Assembly: GCF_018977255.1 (NCBI RefSeq)
Contig: NW_024704743.1
Location: forward strand, 58,468,001 to 58,532,000
Length of the DNA stretch: 64,000 bases
Direction: 5' to 3'
Source of the DNA: Callorhinchus milii
Lineage: Eukaryota
Of this stretch, positions 61,161 through 64,000 are shown in pieces. The notes beneath the pieces are model-generated. The model worked only from the letters and a program-made list of their open reading frames with translations. It had not been told where the DNA came from and did not search any database. The translations under genes were made by a program, and so were the position numbers. The stretch's first letter is position 1. Each line of letters begins with the position of its first letter.

Positions 61161-62913
61161 CCAAGATTTACGGTTTAATCTCCTCACACTTACAGATCTG
61201 CATTTAGGTAAGGAATGTAAGCTATTTTAATAAGACTATTGCACCTGAGGCTAAAGCTAACAACAACTTTACAACATGGACACGGGATATTATTCAATGG
61301 AAAACTATTTATTACAATTAAGTCAATTGCTTAATTATTTTTATGCTTTTCAGTTAATAGTTATAGCTCCAATGAGCAAGTGTGATGCTGGTACAAATTG
61401 GCTGCGGTGTTCACACAAAGCACAGTTACTACAATATACAGTCTCGAAAGTATATTTTGTTAAGAGCTTTGAGATGGTATGATATATAACATATTTCAAT
61501 GCCTTGGGACTGCCTTCTGACGTGAAAGGCGCTCTATAAATGTAATGTTGTTGTTGTATATTCTGTTAAGAGCTCTCGGTGTGAAAGGCCACTATACCAA
61601 ATGTAAGGATTAATATTATTATTATTATTTTTCCACTGTGGGCAGAATTAACAAAATCAGAGGCAACAAAGAAACTACAAAGTTTAGTTTGTAACTTTCA
61701 TTTCTGGTTGTATTACTCCCCCTGAGATGTGTAGGGAAGTCCATATTGCTTGTCTGTACAGGTGGTAGATTCATCTGCCTGGTCAGAAAACAATGGCTGA
61801 GGACACCGTCATGAGCAATGGACCAGTCGTTTCCTTTTAATGCACTCCTTAGAGAGATTCTGACCAAAATTAGCTCCTGAGTTGGTATTCCCTATCTCGA
61901 GAAGCAGCCACACAACTTCATTTCCCTTACATGGAAACATTTAATTTTGCAAGATTACTTTAAGGAATTTCTTAATTAAGAAATCCTAATGGGAATTATT
62001 TCTGATAAGTGTAAGCATGAGGTGCCAATCTGAGGAAACTCCGCTCCACAAAAAGGTTGAGGTGGAGAGATCCCGGGAGTCAGTATCACAGACTCTAGAC
62101 ATCTCAATTAGGAAATTCCATTAATATCGCTGAATTGACCCCGAATGCCCAAGTTCAGAACAAAATCCTTACAGCGTATTTGGTCAGTCCCACTTTCTAA
62201 GCTCTAATTGCTTTGCAGCTCTGCATATAGGAGAGAGAAGGGTAGATATGGGGGAGGGGCAAGAAGGGAGGTCATTAGGCATGGGTGGAGGAATATAAAT
62301 ACCAAGGACTAGTTAAGGCCAAATGGCCTGTTTCAGTCCTGTAGTTTTTAGGTAATGCTATGCCTCTAAAGGTGGTGGTGTTGACAACAGTATAAACCTG
62401 TAAATTTAGTTGCTAATTTTAATCAGAGTAAATCAGAATTCAAAGCAATGAGAAACAATTGCAATAAATGTATATGGCTGACAGCACAGCTTTCAACAAA
62501 GTGATTTCTACACAGTGATTTCTAAGCTCCTACTCAATTAGTCCTCAACATTATCTCTGCTTTAAGAAGGGAGACTCACTATCAGCACTCCTTATACAAT
62601 CAGTGCAAAAGAACCGTGATTAACTTTTACATCCCTTTGTTTGTTCTGTCTACTTCTGTAATTTATTTTGGAATATTTTTGTTTAAACACTGAATACTGA
62701 TCACATCATCATGATAATTGGTTTTCCAGGGATTACTGAGGCTCGACAGTGTCATGGAACTGAATTAACATCAGCAGATAAGGTAATTTACCCAGGATGC
62801 TATAGCCAACGTTGTCATCTTAACACTGTATGAATTAATGCAGCTCCTTCACATTGTCAGGCACAGTAATCCCTTCAAGACTGTAGCGCCGTTATTAATA
62901 TCATCAGGACGTA

Positions 62914-63122
62914 GGGGCAAAGAAATTCCACCTGGGTCTAGAATTACTCTATTTTCTTAGCAGTTCAGAGTGTAAAATTGTGGAATCCAATCTTAATTTT
63001 GAAGTCGTTTTTTTTGTAATTTCTTAAAAGAATTTACAGAAATCTGGCTTGAAAATTAGGCTCTGTTTAAGAATCTGACACCCTGAAATGCTCCATTTAG
63101 ACCCTGGTGGAATTCTTCCCCC
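62914..63122. mobile_element. Palindromic MITE-like element, ~210 bp
   Basis: TIRs GGGGCAAAGAAATTCCACCTGGGTCTA / TAGACCCTGGTGGAATTCTTCCCCC; internal arms are also complementary. Confidence 0.75.
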
Positions 63123-63129
63123 ATAATAA

Positions 63130-63265
63130 GAAATAATAATAATCCTTGATTTGATATCGTGCCTTATCACGTCTTCGACATATCTCAAATCACTTCACGA
63201 AATATACTGTAAAGTGAATTGACTATGCAAATTGTGGGAGAAACGCAGCAGCCAAATTGTGTACA
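63130..63265 (-). mobile_element. SINE 3' fragment
   Basis: aataataataatccttg...gcagccaaattgtg. Confidence 0.85.
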
Positions 63266-63874
63266 GTTTAATGTCTAAACAAGTATTTAATAAAAAGGAC
63301 TGGAAATAAATAAAGTTAAAATTGACTATAATCCTTTCTAAGTGAGTTTTAGAGAGCGTAACAACAGTGAAAGTATTTAATAGCACTCACAAAAATAGGA
63401 AGTATATGGATCAATCTACGTCTTAGGTATTAAATACATATAAATATTGAGGTCATTGCTTCTAAATCTGTGTAAATTGTAGGGTCGAAATTCCAGTACA
63501 CAAGCGCCAAATATAATTGTAAAGATGACTTGCCTAAAGTTACCATAAACCTTGTTAGGTCTCAAATAAATATTGATAGAGTTCAAAGCAGGTTCCAAAC
63601 AAACAGTTTATTTACAGTAGCAGACTGAATGCATCCCTTCTAAATTACTTACACTTTACCCAGTGCACAGACACCAGATATATAAAATCATTCATATATC
63701 TTACACAAGTGTATGGGATGCATTGCAAAGTTACCTTGGTCAGGTGTTGAATGTGGTTTACTCTTTTCCATTGACACTTCTGGCGTTCAGTCTCAGTGGA
63801 TTGGTAGTGGAGTGAGGACTGAATATTCCTAAGAGCAGTGTCTGCTGTGTGATTCATGTACCTACATTACTTTA

Positions 63875-64000
63875 GTCAGTTGGGTATCTGCCACATGTGG
63901 AAACTCATCACCATGCTTAAGAGTATCCAAACCAAGCTGAGATTTCCATGCATCCCACCTTCACATGGAAATTCCAGTGATAGATTGTTGGAATGAAATG
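63875..64000 (+). repeat. Module A of the unclassified repeat, running off the window
   Basis: gggtatctgccacatgtggaaactcatcaccatgcttaagagtatccaaacc. Confidence 0.8.

Overview
Repeat-dense vertebrate genomic DNA with an AT-rich background, either intronic or intergenic. The repeat inventory points to a cartilaginous fish, most likely a holocephalan such as Callorhinchus milii; this is an inference from the repeats, not a database result. The window is dominated by: (1) L2-clade LINEs ending in a stem-loop plus (TTG)n, including a TSD-flanked, apparently full-length but frameshifted copy at 10927-14027 and a young 5'-truncated copy at ~48143-50672; (2) CR1-clade LINE fragments; (3) a young tRNA-Ala-headed SINE that shares the L2 3' stem-loop and ends in (TTA)n; (4) older Deu-domain SINEs; (5) a second ancient SINE family; and (6) a palindromic MITE. 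Nearly all ORFs in the supplied track are retroelement fragments or their antisense shadows. No host protein-coding gene could be identified; a few splice-signal-bounded candidate exons are reported at low confidence. The observations most worth follow-up are an unclassified modular repeat with permuted and inverted copies, repeated insertion of young SINEs into one ~40-bp window of old SINEs, ~55-85-bp stem-loop-only retro-insertions, a locally templated inverted insertion inside a CR1, an RFX/FOX/NF-Y motif cluster, a consensus CTCF site, and a CpG-rich unique patch with a candidate exon and hairpin. I found no clearly novel biological system. Boundaries of degraded repeats were set by eye and are approximate.
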